A DNA stretch of 48,750 bases, from the NCBI GenBank assembly GCA_035476275.1, contig DATILR010000470.1, forward strand, positions 1-48,750, written 5' to 3'. Positions 18,701 to 25,536 of this stretch are shown piece after piece. The stretch comes from Candidatus Binatus sp. (GTDB lineage: Bacteria > Desulfobacterota > Binatia > DP-6). The position numbers and the translations under genes are program-made. The stretch's first letter is position 1. Each line of letters begins with the position of its first letter. The notes under the pieces were generated by a model. That model ran no database searches, was not told the origin of the DNA, and saw only the letters and a list, made by a program, of their open reading frames with translations.

Positions 18701-19733
18701 CGCCAAGAACCAGCCGGTGAAGGCGGCGCTCGGGGCGGCCTGGGGGCGCGCGCAGTACCAGCGCGCCGAGGACATCCTGGGGCCACGACCGCCCTGGTAC
18801 GCCGCCATGTATCCGATCGAGAAGCTCCCCGGCGGGCAGGCGCGCGTCGCCAACGTCGGGCCGATCTCGCTCACGGGCACGGCCGCTAGCTCGGTGCGGA
18901 TGATCCGCGACCTCGTGCTCTCGATGGTGGGGATGAAGGACAAGGCGACCGCCTCGCACCTGAGCGACCTGTTCCAGCCACTGCTCGGCGACGCGCTCAC
19001 GATGGCGACCAACCGCGATCCGTTCGGCAACCCGACCACGCTCCGGGACGCGCTGCAGGGCGCCGTCTTTAGCGCCATCCCCGGCGCCCGCCTCATCCGC
19101 TCGACCATGTCGGACGACGCCACCCCCAACGTCTTCACCTTCACGGGCCTGGAGCACCGGCTCATGCACACCTTCCTGCGGATCGAGCCGGAGAACATCA
19201 TGCTCGCCCGCCTCAACAAGCAGGCCTACGACGGCGGCGCCGCCCTGGCGCCGGCCGACCAGATCCGCGACACGATCACCGAGATCGGCAAGAAGTACCA
19301 GGCGCTCTACGACGAGCCACTGCCGCCCGAGGTGAAGGCCGGCATCCGTCTCAAGATCCACTACGAGGCTGCCTCCAAGGTGCTGATCGACAAGATCAAG
19401 GGCGACCGCAAGCACTACGCTCCCAGCCGCGTGTCGCCGGGCGGCGCCTGGCGCCAGCAGCCCAGCCTGTCGGAGCCGCGCTACCGCTACCAGGACGTGC
19501 TGCTCAAGTACACGATCCTGAAGCAGGATCTGCCCGGCGCCGACATCGAGTCGCCCGACGCCTACCTGCGCGAGAACAACGCCACCCCCGACACGGTCTG
19601 GGGGCAGCAGGTCATGAACGCCTGGGAGCGGCAGTGGAGCGCGTACGCCGACCTGCCCTCGACCGTCGAGTCGGAGTACAAGCAGACGAAGCTGGGCCAG
19701 AAGATGGAGCGCCAGGAGACGGGTAAGAAGTGA
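12711..19733 (+). CDS. Giant virion-associated protein (2,340 aa), function unknown
   Basis: Single uninterrupted frame starting at a GTG right after an in-frame TAG. Strong G/C3 bias throughout, except 16353-16515. Takes up about one seventh of the genome. Lies in the ejection-protein position. Confidence 0.8.
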   Translation: MAPFVVPRGKAGLPKSSKRKEKPQPQTAATATSTGAIFLVRPTETLNLKPRTGSRRVKVDEPQRKGYGGKKVVRDPAPIVVVDKKHYGSLPAGLHYAPVANKLPTGEVVIGRKAVEDKGPQRASAADKKRFLGAPLGPGVRRNIAATATSTERWLARHPGYHGPPPEHLNIFQRWSRRDRALGDAIPKVLSAAATGTGHLIGQGAETVGRAVLGEVTGLARGPSQKPLGAPGSDIMKVQEAGISPMVPLNQLGAVGMGATKALVGGAGALYALRHPEKGLPALLSDGLKMLEGAALAPGLVVAMSDPSISAAKKEQMVTEGFQMFLKDLKDKYGEDATYSEVFGDAQKEPATYLLNALAVASPLAKAPLVAKALAEGASFGEAVRLANVPAKARMLYYGAGAEKKAVEIARARSPITRWTMNAPYDALSHLADRYALTRRLSISETRRAARAAYKNMNRNVRRMPAEAQAAFRDVVNLLREDENAGTALAILLQKPKGMTDDEFLRAALRNMQDMLTSGEFHIPQVETATAQRLLNRIDRLDKATARLQDIRRTRAIKNVAAEQDRLHGVIEEIGASRAAVKKEMRQLADDPNEAPREKRLYMNDHEVELRMLDRQAAEAHAQLGRISGIDHAPISGPARDQARGVLEKIPHFQENPQRIDQALALTDTLAQRYATRYGIEPDEWYARNLNEFVRDPGKLSSEAGLFYQERGVVAPQRFTAAEHGGEILDRYTPVKQRGEPRPKIAGLPKIIKTRAQFGRLIEDMAGRLEAGLDFAKNWYRDSGREILAAVGGDEDRADKVAQLVAIYSPQKPVAPNIAVALRVLQDWEDGVARGLPGAVKVGSAHQRRLARMALKGEDWLASVKPNQLPKVRRFYANILKHVAPERLADHGFNGREVTVDGWMGAAFGYGYNTGNSGLTEAQFRLVEDVVQRLADHYGIDPEEAQAAIWTSIKAERDRSTAAMYANPETRLQALEKAGQSFADAMFTPKNTLRLPLESMTADKPFLQDLTPGQLAAHTSEYGNATLRVLHDEGFVVRHDAGGFGFWRDPATGEIERNPATAVEVALGDRPVTRMRGKEVAQQAARGLYLSVPQSVRELAQGLSAALGDAAKQHQAAWARYLNPRGQASDVTAWRIELGRPLADAESEALNDALHGDFHFTPSEDGGIIAFNTPDAVLDRSVRVENMGQRGLKAEARQERRALTNLANERRAHVDNAIGAVWPGDDEITLTELAHRGGLLDRGDYQEAISAGRRSDLYQRVRDRLSGAYEEIDGHFIADPVAAAARAEQHPGSLSLGTAGGDVARLDQLNQARRGDILGAVRFLSGTDEGKRIVYLTSKADFSTWVHEMVGHAAREMKQMEPGEFAAVEHLRGKALEDWNVTDHEWFASQVERWFYAGKAPTPELVPVFERVRTYMRTIYAAVKSIIKEPIPAEMKRLLDTYFGGYDDVNVDRIAGFMPRETAREQRVSHGAAAAREELAAYRSRQAKLKHARSIEGMQERLTAIRDKGDDATQEELDEATQMTATLLARVAEREMRRDTREKALTQKISEVKNALDKGVDHPQFQNALNAMRWIADDRERILREVFGDRYDETFRNRKDLLADFLVERGLLRANFVRGSAHYFPATLDEPYDVRVKQPAAPLTSNVIGQTKASQLVLHKRNQMILWQRGDWTADPQVLLDAHARAQAYAWSNEVKKTLFELGRPITLEEYENPRLLKGQGYLVNPRGTPVGTDMRAAINNKTVTHNVQKFHDGGEGGDPSALEASLVNYWRNFLGDADAQLPEGFLMSDVRVVPREIVESMLRPLSGTSTKFGRRWDYATTAARWATMYANVPGYMIANGVGSIGFLLAQYGWRADRIVRDAKTLLGNEKLYHRVLAEIGELPYQAMRKTGYGLNARFTDAEQAALHFVGTADRWPRAVSWVHEARKAGYNTEEDMLRLVAGKTAKTQRDRDLVAQSTANFMVDFERLTAFERQVVTRVFFVWPWIRGATAWPFWFAKNQPVKAALGAAWGRAQYQRAEDILGPRPPWYAAMYPIEKLPGGQARVANVGPISLTGTAASSVRMIRDLVLSMVGMKDKATASHLSDLFQPLLGDALTMATNRDPFGNPTTLRDALQGAVFSAIPGARLIRSTMSDDATPNVFTFTGLEHRLMHTFLRIEPENIMLARLNKQAYDGGAALAPADQIRDTITEIGKKYQALYDEPLPPEVKAGIRLKIHYEAASKVLIDKIKGDRKHYAPSRVSPGGAWRQQPSLSEPRYRYQDVLLKYTILKQDLPGADIESPDAYLRENNATPDTVWGQQVMNAWERQWSAYADLPSTVESEYKQTKLGQKMERQETGKK

Positions 19734-20827
19734 AGCCGGATCAGGTAGCCGCCTCGATCGACAAGCTGCTGCAGAAGCGCGGCTCGCCCATGGCCGGGCT
19801 GGGCAACGTGTTCGTGGCCGCCGGCCAGAAGTACGGCGTCGACCCGCGCCTCGTGGCGTCGATCTCCGGGATCGAGTCGAACTTCGGCAAGGCCACGCTG
19901 GGCGCGCACAACGCCTGGGGCTGGGGACCCGGCCACAGCTTCGGCTCCTGGGCCGAGGGGATCGCCGCCGTCACTCAAGGCCTGAAGCACGGCTACATCT
20001 CGCAGGGCCTGCGCACGCCCGACCAGATCGTGAGGAAGTACTCACCGGGGAGCGCCGGCAACGACGAGGGCAACTGGGCCAAGACCGTCTCCACCTTCAT
20101 GAAGGAGCTTGGGGCGCCCGCCACGATCGCCGCCACCAGGAGTGGATCCCCTCCACCCACCGGTCGGACCGCGACGGGCGCTCCGAAGCTTCCCCCCACG
20201 CCGTCGTTTGCCGGTATCCGAGGCGCTGCCCTGTCAAACCTGGCCGACATCGCCATGCGCGGCGGCCGGACAGACCCCTTCTCGGCCCTCACGAACATCC
20301 TGGGAGGGGTTCAGTACGACCGGCAGGCGGACGCCGCCGCGCTCGCCGAGTACCAGCAGGCGCCGAAGGGCACCCGCGGCGTCACGATCCCGACGGCGGT
20401 GCCGAACAAGCGCGGCGCCAAGACCTTCTCGACCAAGTGGCTGCCGAAGCCGGGGAAGCTGATCGGCTCGCCGCACTCGGGTACGCACACGCTCGGGAAC
20501 TGGCAGTCCGACAACGCGGTCGACATCGCGCTGCCGGTCGGCACCCCGATCTACGCGCCGGTCGGCGGCAAGCTCGGGAACACGGGCCTGCTCGCCGGCG
20601 CCGGCCCCTCGGGCGGGGGACGCTTCGCCGGCCAGCGCATCAACCTGTACGGCGCCGGCCAGGGCTTCTACTTCGCGCACCTGTCGCAGCTAGCGCAGGG
20701 CATCCGCCAGGGCGCCACGGTCAAGAAGGGGCAGCTGCTCGGCTACACCGGCGAGGCGAACGGGGTTGCGCACCTGCACTTCGGGGTCGAGAACGGCTCG
20801 CCCTACACGTACGTGCAGAAGGGCTAG
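19730..20827 (+). CDS. Bifunctional cell-wall hydrolase: lysozyme/glucosaminidase-like N-domain plus M23 peptidase C-domain (365 aa)
   Basis: GTGA overlap with the upstream gene. The N-terminus has GVDPRLVASISGIESNFGK...HNAWGWG. The C-terminus has HTLGNWQSDNAVD...GFYFAHLS...GVAHLHFGV (M23 HxxxD and HxH). Confidence 0.8.
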   Translation: MKPDQVAASIDKLLQKRGSPMAGLGNVFVAAGQKYGVDPRLVASISGIESNFGKATLGAHNAWGWGPGHSFGSWAEGIAAVTQGLKHGYISQGLRTPDQIVRKYSPGSAGNDEGNWAKTVSTFMKELGAPATIAATRSGSPPPTGRTATGAPKLPPTPSFAGIRGAALSNLADIAMRGGRTDPFSALTNILGGVQYDRQADAAALAEYQQAPKGTRGVTIPTAVPNKRGAKTFSTKWLPKPGKLIGSPHSGTHTLGNWQSDNAVDIALPVGTPIYAPVGGKLGNTGLLAGAGPSGGGRFAGQRINLYGAGQGFYFAHLSQLAQGIRQGATVKKGQLLGYTGEANGVAHLHFGVENGSPYTYVQKG

Positions 20828-21198
20828 GCGTTCTCGGTGAAGCGTCGGGCCGTGGCCGAGTAGGCCGAGTTCGTGGTCAGGAACTGCCGCTTCCAGTGCC
20901 AGTCGTCCATGACGTAGGCGGCGAAGTCCTGCTCCTCGATCAGGATCTCGTCGTCTATGTGCATCTCCAGCATGGCGATAATGCGGTCGTACTCGTGGGT
21001 GTGATCCTCCGGCCGCGGCAGCTGCACCACGACGTGGATCACCCGGCCCTCCTTGATCTGCTCGATGTGCCGCTCCAGCTGCTCGATCGCTGTCTTGCGG
21101 TAGCCCTCGACCGCCTCCTCGAAGATCGCCCGATGCGCCTTCCGGTTGGCGGTGATCTTTTCCAGAAGCTCATCTTTACGGACCATGACCGAGTTCAT
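20824..21198 (-). CDS. Hypothetical protein (124 aa)
   Basis: ATG (MNSVMVRK) after GGAGGAGAG. The upstream part of the 196-aa ORF is Arg/Ala junk. Last gene of the leftward arm. Confidence 0.65.
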   Translation of the reverse strand: MNSVMVRKDELLEKITANRKAHRAIFEEAVEGYRKTAIEQLERHIEQIKEGRVIHVVVQLPRPEDHTHEYDRIIAMLEMHIDDEILIEEQDFAAYVMDDWHWKRQFLTTNSAYSATARRFTENA

Positions 21199-21212
21199 CT
21201 CTCCTCCTTCAT

Positions 21213-21437
21213 CTAGTGCAGGAAGGGCTTGAAGACCTCCAGCCTGCTCACGTCGAACAGCCCGGCCGGCTCCCCTAACTCCCAGATTCGCAGGCACTGG
21301 CCGCCGATCATCCCGACCAGCAGCAGCAGGACGCCGAACTTGTCCTCCGACTCGGCGCGGTCGCGGGTGTTGACGAACTGCTGGCAGAGCGCCTCCAGCT
21401 GCGCTAGCTCCCACTCGTAGCGATCGCGGTCGATCAC
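21213..21437 (-). CDS. Hypothetical protein (74 aa)
   Basis: GTGA overlap with the upstream gene; coding-type bias. Confidence 0.55.
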   Translation of the reverse strand: MIDRDRYEWELAQLEALCQQFVNTRDRAESEDKFGVLLLLVGMIGGQCLRIWELGEPAGLFDVSRLEVFKPFLH

Positions 21438-21661
21438 TTGAAGACCCAGCAGCGTGGGCAGAGATCCCGCCCCTGGTGCGGGAGCGGGTCGAGGTACCAG
21501 TCCTGGATCAGCGGCTCAAGCTCCTCGACCGTGGGGGCGACCGCCTCGATGCCACAGCGGTCGCAGTAGACGGCGAAGAAGGCAGGCACCAGCTGCTCGC
21601 CCGTCTCGTCCCAGGCCACGCCCATCACGTAGGCCGCGCGCCTTCGCAGGATCTCGTTCAT
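21434..21661 (-). CDS. Small CxxC...CxxC zinc-binding protein (75 aa)
   Basis: ATGA overlap with the upstream gene; CDRC ... CPRC pairs. Confidence 0.6.
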   Translation of the reverse strand: MNEILRRRAAYVMGVAWDETGEQLVPAFFAVYCDRCGIEAVAPTVEELEPLIQDWYLDPLPHQGRDLCPRCWVFK

Positions 21662-22014
21662 GGCCTGTATGCGCCTCCGTGAAGGACGGGGATGTTGCGC
21701 TTGTGCGCCTCATCGATGCAGTGCCTGGTGCCCGAGCTATGGCCGTCCCAGAAGGCGATCACCAGGTCGGGCTTCTCGGTGTCGAGCATGTGACGGTTCC
21801 GGATCAGGGGGGCGAGCGCTCCGGGGTAGCGATCGTAGCGGGGCCGGTGCTCCCGCACCTCCATCCCGAGCGAGCGCGCCACCACCCCGGCCAGCTGATC
21901 GGCGCCCCGAGCGCCGCCGTGAACGACGATCGTCCCACGGTCGAACTCCCTCAGGACGGAGCGGATCTCGTGCTCGCTCGTCCAGGACCTGGAGCCGCAG
22001 ACCAGGACCTTCAT
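21658..22014 (-). CDS. SLOG-superfamily protein, DUF2493-like (118 aa)
   Basis: Matches the DUF2493/DprA-like Rossmann pattern: KVLVCGSR..., VVHGGARGADQLAG, RNRHML, FWDGHSSGTRHCIDEA. Confidence 0.7.
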   Translation of the reverse strand: MKVLVCGSRSWTSEHEIRSVLREFDRGTIVVHGGARGADQLAGVVARSLGMEVREHRPRYDRYPGALAPLIRNRHMLDTEKPDLVIAFWDGHSSGTRHCIDEAHKRNIPVLHGGAYRP

Positions 22015-22268
22015 CCCTGTCCGATCGGCATGATCATCAACTTCTGTCCGTTCGCCTCGAAGATCGCCATCAGGTGCGCGAACAGGAGCGCCACCGCCTC
22101 GTTGTCGCTCTCGAAGCCGTGGATCGCCGTGCCGGCCCGGCCCTCGTCCGAGATCAGCACCACCGCCCTCATCTTCTCCCCGCCCATCTCGTCAAGCTTC
22201 CGCAGCATCTCGTTCGCCATGTACGTAAGCGGGTCGTGCGGCTCGTTTTCGGTTCGCTTGACGTCCAT
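22011..22268 (-). CDS. Hypothetical protein (85 aa)
   Basis: ATG (MDVKRTE) after GAAGGGTGG. The longer 189-aa ORF extension is Arg-rich and overlaps the XRE gene. Confidence 0.6.
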   Translation of the reverse strand: MDVKRTENEPHDPLTYMANEMLRKLDEMGGEKMRAVVLISDEGRAGTAIHGFESDNEAVALLFAHLMAIFEANGQKLMIMPIGQG

Positions 22269-22336
22269 CTTGGGTACCACCCTTCTACAAGTCTGCGGCG
22301 ACGCCTCTGGGGGGGCGTCATGTCGGGGCCGTCCGA

Positions 22337-22786
22337 TCACGAAGCGGGCGGCCCCTTCCTTTGGCGTGGCGTCAGTCGGCCCTTCGTCTTCCAGTACTCC
22401 TCGATCAGGGCCTGCATCTCGGGGACGGTCATACCCGATTCGATCCGCTCCGGCCACTCCTGGGTGATCCGCCGCAGCGTGCGCTCGCGCTCGCGCTTGT
22501 CCTGGTGGTAGGCGCGGCAGATCTCGACGGTCTGCTCGTTCCAGCCGTCCTCGGGCAGGCCGCCGTCCATCGTCAGCCACTCGGCGTTCAGCCCCATCAC
22601 GCGAGCCGCGATCTCCAGCTTGCTGATCCGAGGCGAATGCCGCCCCTGCTCCCAGTCCGCGATCGTGCGGGCGTTGAGAGCTTCCTTCCCCCTGGTGAGC
22701 TTCGCGAGGGCACGCTGACTCAGACCGAGGTACTCGCGCGCGTACCTGAGCCGCTCTACCGCCTCGCGCTGTTCGGAGGGTGTCAT
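22337..22786 (-). CDS. XRE-family HTH transcriptional regulator with C-terminal extension (149 aa)
   Basis: LGLSQRALAKLT...ARTIADWEQGRHSP is a Cro/CI-type HTH. First gene after a 257-bp intergenic gap. Confidence 0.8.
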   Translation of the reverse strand: MTPSEQREAVERLRYAREYLGLSQRALAKLTRGKEALNARTIADWEQGRHSPRISKLEIAARVMGLNAEWLTMDGGLPEDGWNEQTVEICRAYHQDKRERERTLRRITQEWPERIESGMTVPEMQALIEEYWKTKGRLTPRQRKGPPAS

Positions 22787-23043
22787 GCCTGAGCGCCGCA
22801 GGGAGGGGCGAAGGAGGCGTTTGTATGTGTGGTGGGAGGGTACTACCCTCGGTTCGCCTCAGGCAAACGGCTCAACCATCACGATCCCCTGAGCAGGCAG
22901 ATCCGCCGAACCTGTGAAAAGTCCGGCAGGTCTGCCCGCGTGAGATCCAGGGGATCTCCCACGCCAGCGATAGCACGAAGGCGATAACCCCCGCTCAGAG
23001 CGGTTTCGGTACCCGACTCGAAACGAGGAAACAGCCCAAGGTG
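22787..23043 (-). promoter_or_regulatory. Intergenic control region upstream of the XRE/SLOG operon
   Basis: 257 bp without a convincing ORF. Contains palindromes gagggta-c-taccctc (22836-22850) and gagatcc-agg-ggatctc (22942-22958), and is locally lower in GC. Confidence 0.4.
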
Positions 23044-23340
23044 TCAGGAGGGCGTCAGTTTTCGGAGCCTGTGCTTGAAGTGGGCGACGCTGCCCATTTC
23101 GAGAGAGACGTCGGTCAACTCGATGCGCTCTACAAGCTCGCGCGCTCGCCGAACCTCGTCGGCGTCACCCTCGATGTCGGCAACCTCTTGGTCGCCATTC
23201 GGTCTGTACCAGACGCGCCCCAAGGCGACGGACTGCTCGCCGAGCACGTCGCGGACGATGGTGTAGATCTCCTCGACCTCCTCCGTGTCGGTGTCCACGA
23301 TCACGACGACGTCGGTCGGGAACCAGAGCTTGATCTTCAT
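23044..23340 (-). CDS. Hypothetical acidic protein (98 aa)
   Basis: ATGA overlap with the upstream gene; coding bias. Confidence 0.6.
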   Translation of the reverse strand: MKIKLWFPTDVVVIVDTDTEEVEEIYTIVRDVLGEQSVALGRVWYRPNGDQEVADIEGDADEVRRARELVERIELTDVSLEMGSVAHFKHRLRKLTPS

Positions 23341-23528
23341 CTCGCCTCCTGGAACGTCATGGTGCCGTTCTGGAGCTTCACCTCGACGTCCGTGACGGCC
23401 ACGTCGTCCTCAAGGCCGTTCAGGGCGTCGAGCGCGGCCAGGATGTAGCCGACCGCGTCTTCGGGCGGCAGGCCCGTGGAGATGTCGAACTCGACCCTGG
23501 CGTGGTACGTCGTGCGGGGAAGCATCAT
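23337..23528 (-). CDS. Hypothetical protein (63 aa)
   Basis: ATG-ATG (MMLPRTTY) after AAGGAG. The rest of the 556-aa ORF in this frame is off-frame over the integrase gene. Confidence 0.55.
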   Translation of the reverse strand: MMLPRTTYHARVEFDISTGLPPEDAVGYILAALDALNGLEDDVAVTDVEVKLQNGTMTFQEAR

Positions 23529-23783
23529 CGCTGCTCCTTCGGTTGACCGCGCCCGGATCCTACAACGGATAGAAAAGGAACCGCCGAACGCCCAGGTGGT
23601 CCCGCTCCGGCGCCAAAGCTCGGAGCGGCGACTCCATCGCCCGGCGGCTCCTTCAAATCCCTTCCGGTGGATCGACCGCTGCCCCTGCCTCAACCTGGCG
23701 GTGGAAGGCAGTGACCTCAGGCTTCGGGTTTGCGAACCAGCGGCAGGCGGCAGGGGCACGCTCACCCTATCGCGAAACGACAA

Positions 23784-23801
23784 CGGCCCCCGAAGGGGCC
23801 G
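23784..23801 (-). terminator. Hairpin terminator downstream of the integrase gene
   Basis: cggcccc-cgaa-ggggccg (7-bp stem) lies 42 nt after the int stop. Near-identical to the hairpin at 33473-33492, including the flank acgacaacgg. Confidence 0.5.
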
Positions 23802-23842
23802 CGTCGATCGATGGTGTGCTGCCGTCGACAGCGGGAGACTAC

Positions 23843-25216
23843 TCAGTCCCAGCCCACCGCGTCCATGACCTCCTCCTTCTTCTCCAGGAGGAAGAACGCG
23901 TAGTGCTTCTCGGCCGTGTTCGACTTCTCGGATTGCCCGATCATGTTCTTCACGAAGTCGATGTCCATGCCCGGCTTGTTGAAGAGCATGGTCACGAACG
24001 TGTGCCGGAAGTAGTGGGCCTTGAAGCCGACCTTGCGGTCGAGGTGCGCGTTCGCCCGGTTGAGCGTCGAACGGACGGTGTCCCAGCGCATCGGCTTCTC
24101 GCCCTCCGGCGAGCGGAACAGGATCCCGTCCTGGCCCGCAGGAGCGATCCAGCCCTCGCGCTCGCTCACCTCGACGTACTCGGCCAGCACGCGCCTCGCG
24201 TGCGGCGAGAGGGGCACACGACGCGTCTGAGCGCCCTTGCGGCCCTCCTGGCCCTTGGTGCGGGTGAACCAGCCCTCGGGGTTGCCGGCGCGCCAGGAGG
24301 GATCGAGCTTGCGCCGGATCCAGAGCACGCCGTTCTTGCCGGCGTCCCAGTCGATGTCCGACTTGTGCAGCCCCAGCGTCTCGCCGAGCCGGGTGCCGAT
24401 CTGCGGCGACAGCTGCACGATTGTGGCGACGATGTCGGCGAGCCGCTGCTCGCGGGGGCGGCGGCCGGCCGTCTCGATCACGGCCGCCGACAGCGCGTTG
24501 ATCGTCTCGCGAGGGAGCACCGCCTCCTCGATTGAGATCGGCTGCACCTCCGGCTGCGAGATCGGGTCGACGCGCTTCACGGGGTTGTCGTCGCGGTAGT
24601 ACATGGCGCCACGCGTGCAGGCCTTGAAGAAGCCGGACAGCATGCAGTAGACGCTGTAGGCGACCGACTCGCTCGTGTGCTCCTGGCCCTTGGCGATGGC
24701 GCGGTCGCGGGCGCGCTCCTCCACCAGCGTGAGGATCTGGATGATGTGCGAGGCGCCGACGCGCGAGACGCGCATGCCGCCGATGATGTTCTCGCAGTAG
24801 AGCGCCCAGTTGCCGCCCAGCACGCCCGTCTCCTCGAACCGGCCGCCCGCGTACTTGCGCTTCGTGCTGGCGGCGTGGTTCTCGCGCCGGATCCAGACGG
24901 CGAAGGCCTGGCGGCAGAAGGGATCGCCCTGGGGGACGCTGGCCGCGTCCTTGCCGACGTACTGGCGCTCCATGCGCTTGTACTCGGCGATCGTGGGCGC
25001 GTCCCACTCGGACGAGGAGAGGATCGACTTGACCTTCCCCTTGTAGATGAATGTGAAGACCGGCCCCCGCTTGAACAGGTGGTCGTAGTGCTTCCCGTCA
25101 GGCGCGACCTCGACCTTCACGGGATGTGCTGGGTTCTTACGTGGCACGTCGTGCTCCTCTCGTTCGTAGTTGACCGCGTAAGAAACTATTTCGTACACCC
25201 GGCGCCTTTTCGCCAT
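23843..25216 (-). CDS. int: Tyrosine recombinase / phage integrase (457 aa)
   Basis: The catalytic-domain pattern is present: TRLGETLGL (Arg), HYFRHTFVT (H-x-x-R), and EKHYAFF (Tyr) near the C-terminus. Confidence 0.9.
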   Translation of the reverse strand: MAKRRRVYEIVSYAVNYEREEHDVPRKNPAHPVKVEVAPDGKHYDHLFKRGPVFTFIYKGKVKSILSSSEWDAPTIAEYKRMERQYVGKDAASVPQGDPFCRQAFAVWIRRENHAASTKRKYAGGRFEETGVLGGNWALYCENIIGGMRVSRVGASHIIQILTLVEERARDRAIAKGQEHTSESVAYSVYCMLSGFFKACTRGAMYYRDDNPVKRVDPISQPEVQPISIEEAVLPRETINALSAAVIETAGRRPREQRLADIVATIVQLSPQIGTRLGETLGLHKSDIDWDAGKNGVLWIRRKLDPSWRAGNPEGWFTRTKGQEGRKGAQTRRVPLSPHARRVLAEYVEVSEREGWIAPAGQDGILFRSPEGEKPMRWDTVRSTLNRANAHLDRKVGFKAHYFRHTFVTMLFNKPGMDIDFVKNMIGQSEKSNTAEKHYAFFLLEKKEEVMDAVGWD

Positions 25217-25536
25217 CCCCCGTTTGGGTCAACCTGCGGCCGGCGCCGGCCGCGCGGCGGACGCCCGCCGCGGGTCGGTACGTCTCCCCTGGTAGGGACG
25301 GCAGCCCTGAGCGCGGCCGGCGTGGCGCCTCGCTCATACGCTCGGGGTTCGAGGTCACGCTGGCAGCGCCCCTGTTACGCGTGCGGATCCGGAACACCCA
25401 AGACGGTCATCGTGGCGCACCCTCGCGCTCGATCGGCCACCGCCTTGCCGCCTCCTGCTCGCCCGTTGCGCTACGTCCCTTGCTGCGGCCCGAACCGGAT
25501 CTTTGCCCGCGGCTCGACTCTCCCCGAGCTTGTCGG

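Noticed and set aside
16428-19415. 995-aa ORF on the - strand. Similar long antisense ORFs occur at 14472-16349, 12747-13535, 13557-14414, 10744-11856, 11974-12753, 2111-3337, 5210-6127, 7923-8690 and 47231-48223.
   Set aside because: All lie antisense to well-supported + strand genes. Their translations are Arg/Ala/Gly/Pro-rich and stop-poor, as expected for high-GC DNA, and they lack ribosome-binding sites. They are shadow ORFs.
12711-19733. Reading the 2,340-aa gene as a tape-measure protein (siphovirus).
   Set aside because: No tube, terminator or chaperone-frameshift genes are nearby. The sequence is not helical low-complexity. The gene order matches podovirus adaptor/nozzle/fibre/ejection proteins.
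22913-22940. ggcag..ctgcc followed by CTTTTC on the - strand, as an intrinsic terminator.
   Set aside because: The best pairing leaves a 2-nt loop or a mismatched stem, so it is not a credible hairpin.
23337-25007. 556-aa - strand ORF overlapping the integrase gene. The long ORFs 39548-40966 (+), 26012-26767, 26197-27546, 27953-29377 and 30173-31264 (-) are similar cases.
   Set aside because: The upstream portions are Arg-rich out-of-frame read-through over neighbouring real genes. Only the downstream segments starting at overlap-coupled ATG/GTG codons look coding.
25227-25232. TTGACC on the - strand, 10 nt upstream of the int ATG, as a -35 box.
   Set aside because: There is no TAnnnT-like -10 at a 16-18-bp spacing, and it is too close to the start codon.
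25346-25354. ggttcgagg, resembling a tRNA T-loop, near the integrase (possible tRNA or attP core).
   Set aside because: The flanking bases do not form a T-stem, and no acceptor or anticodon arms could be built. No tRNA gene was found anywhere in the window by eye.
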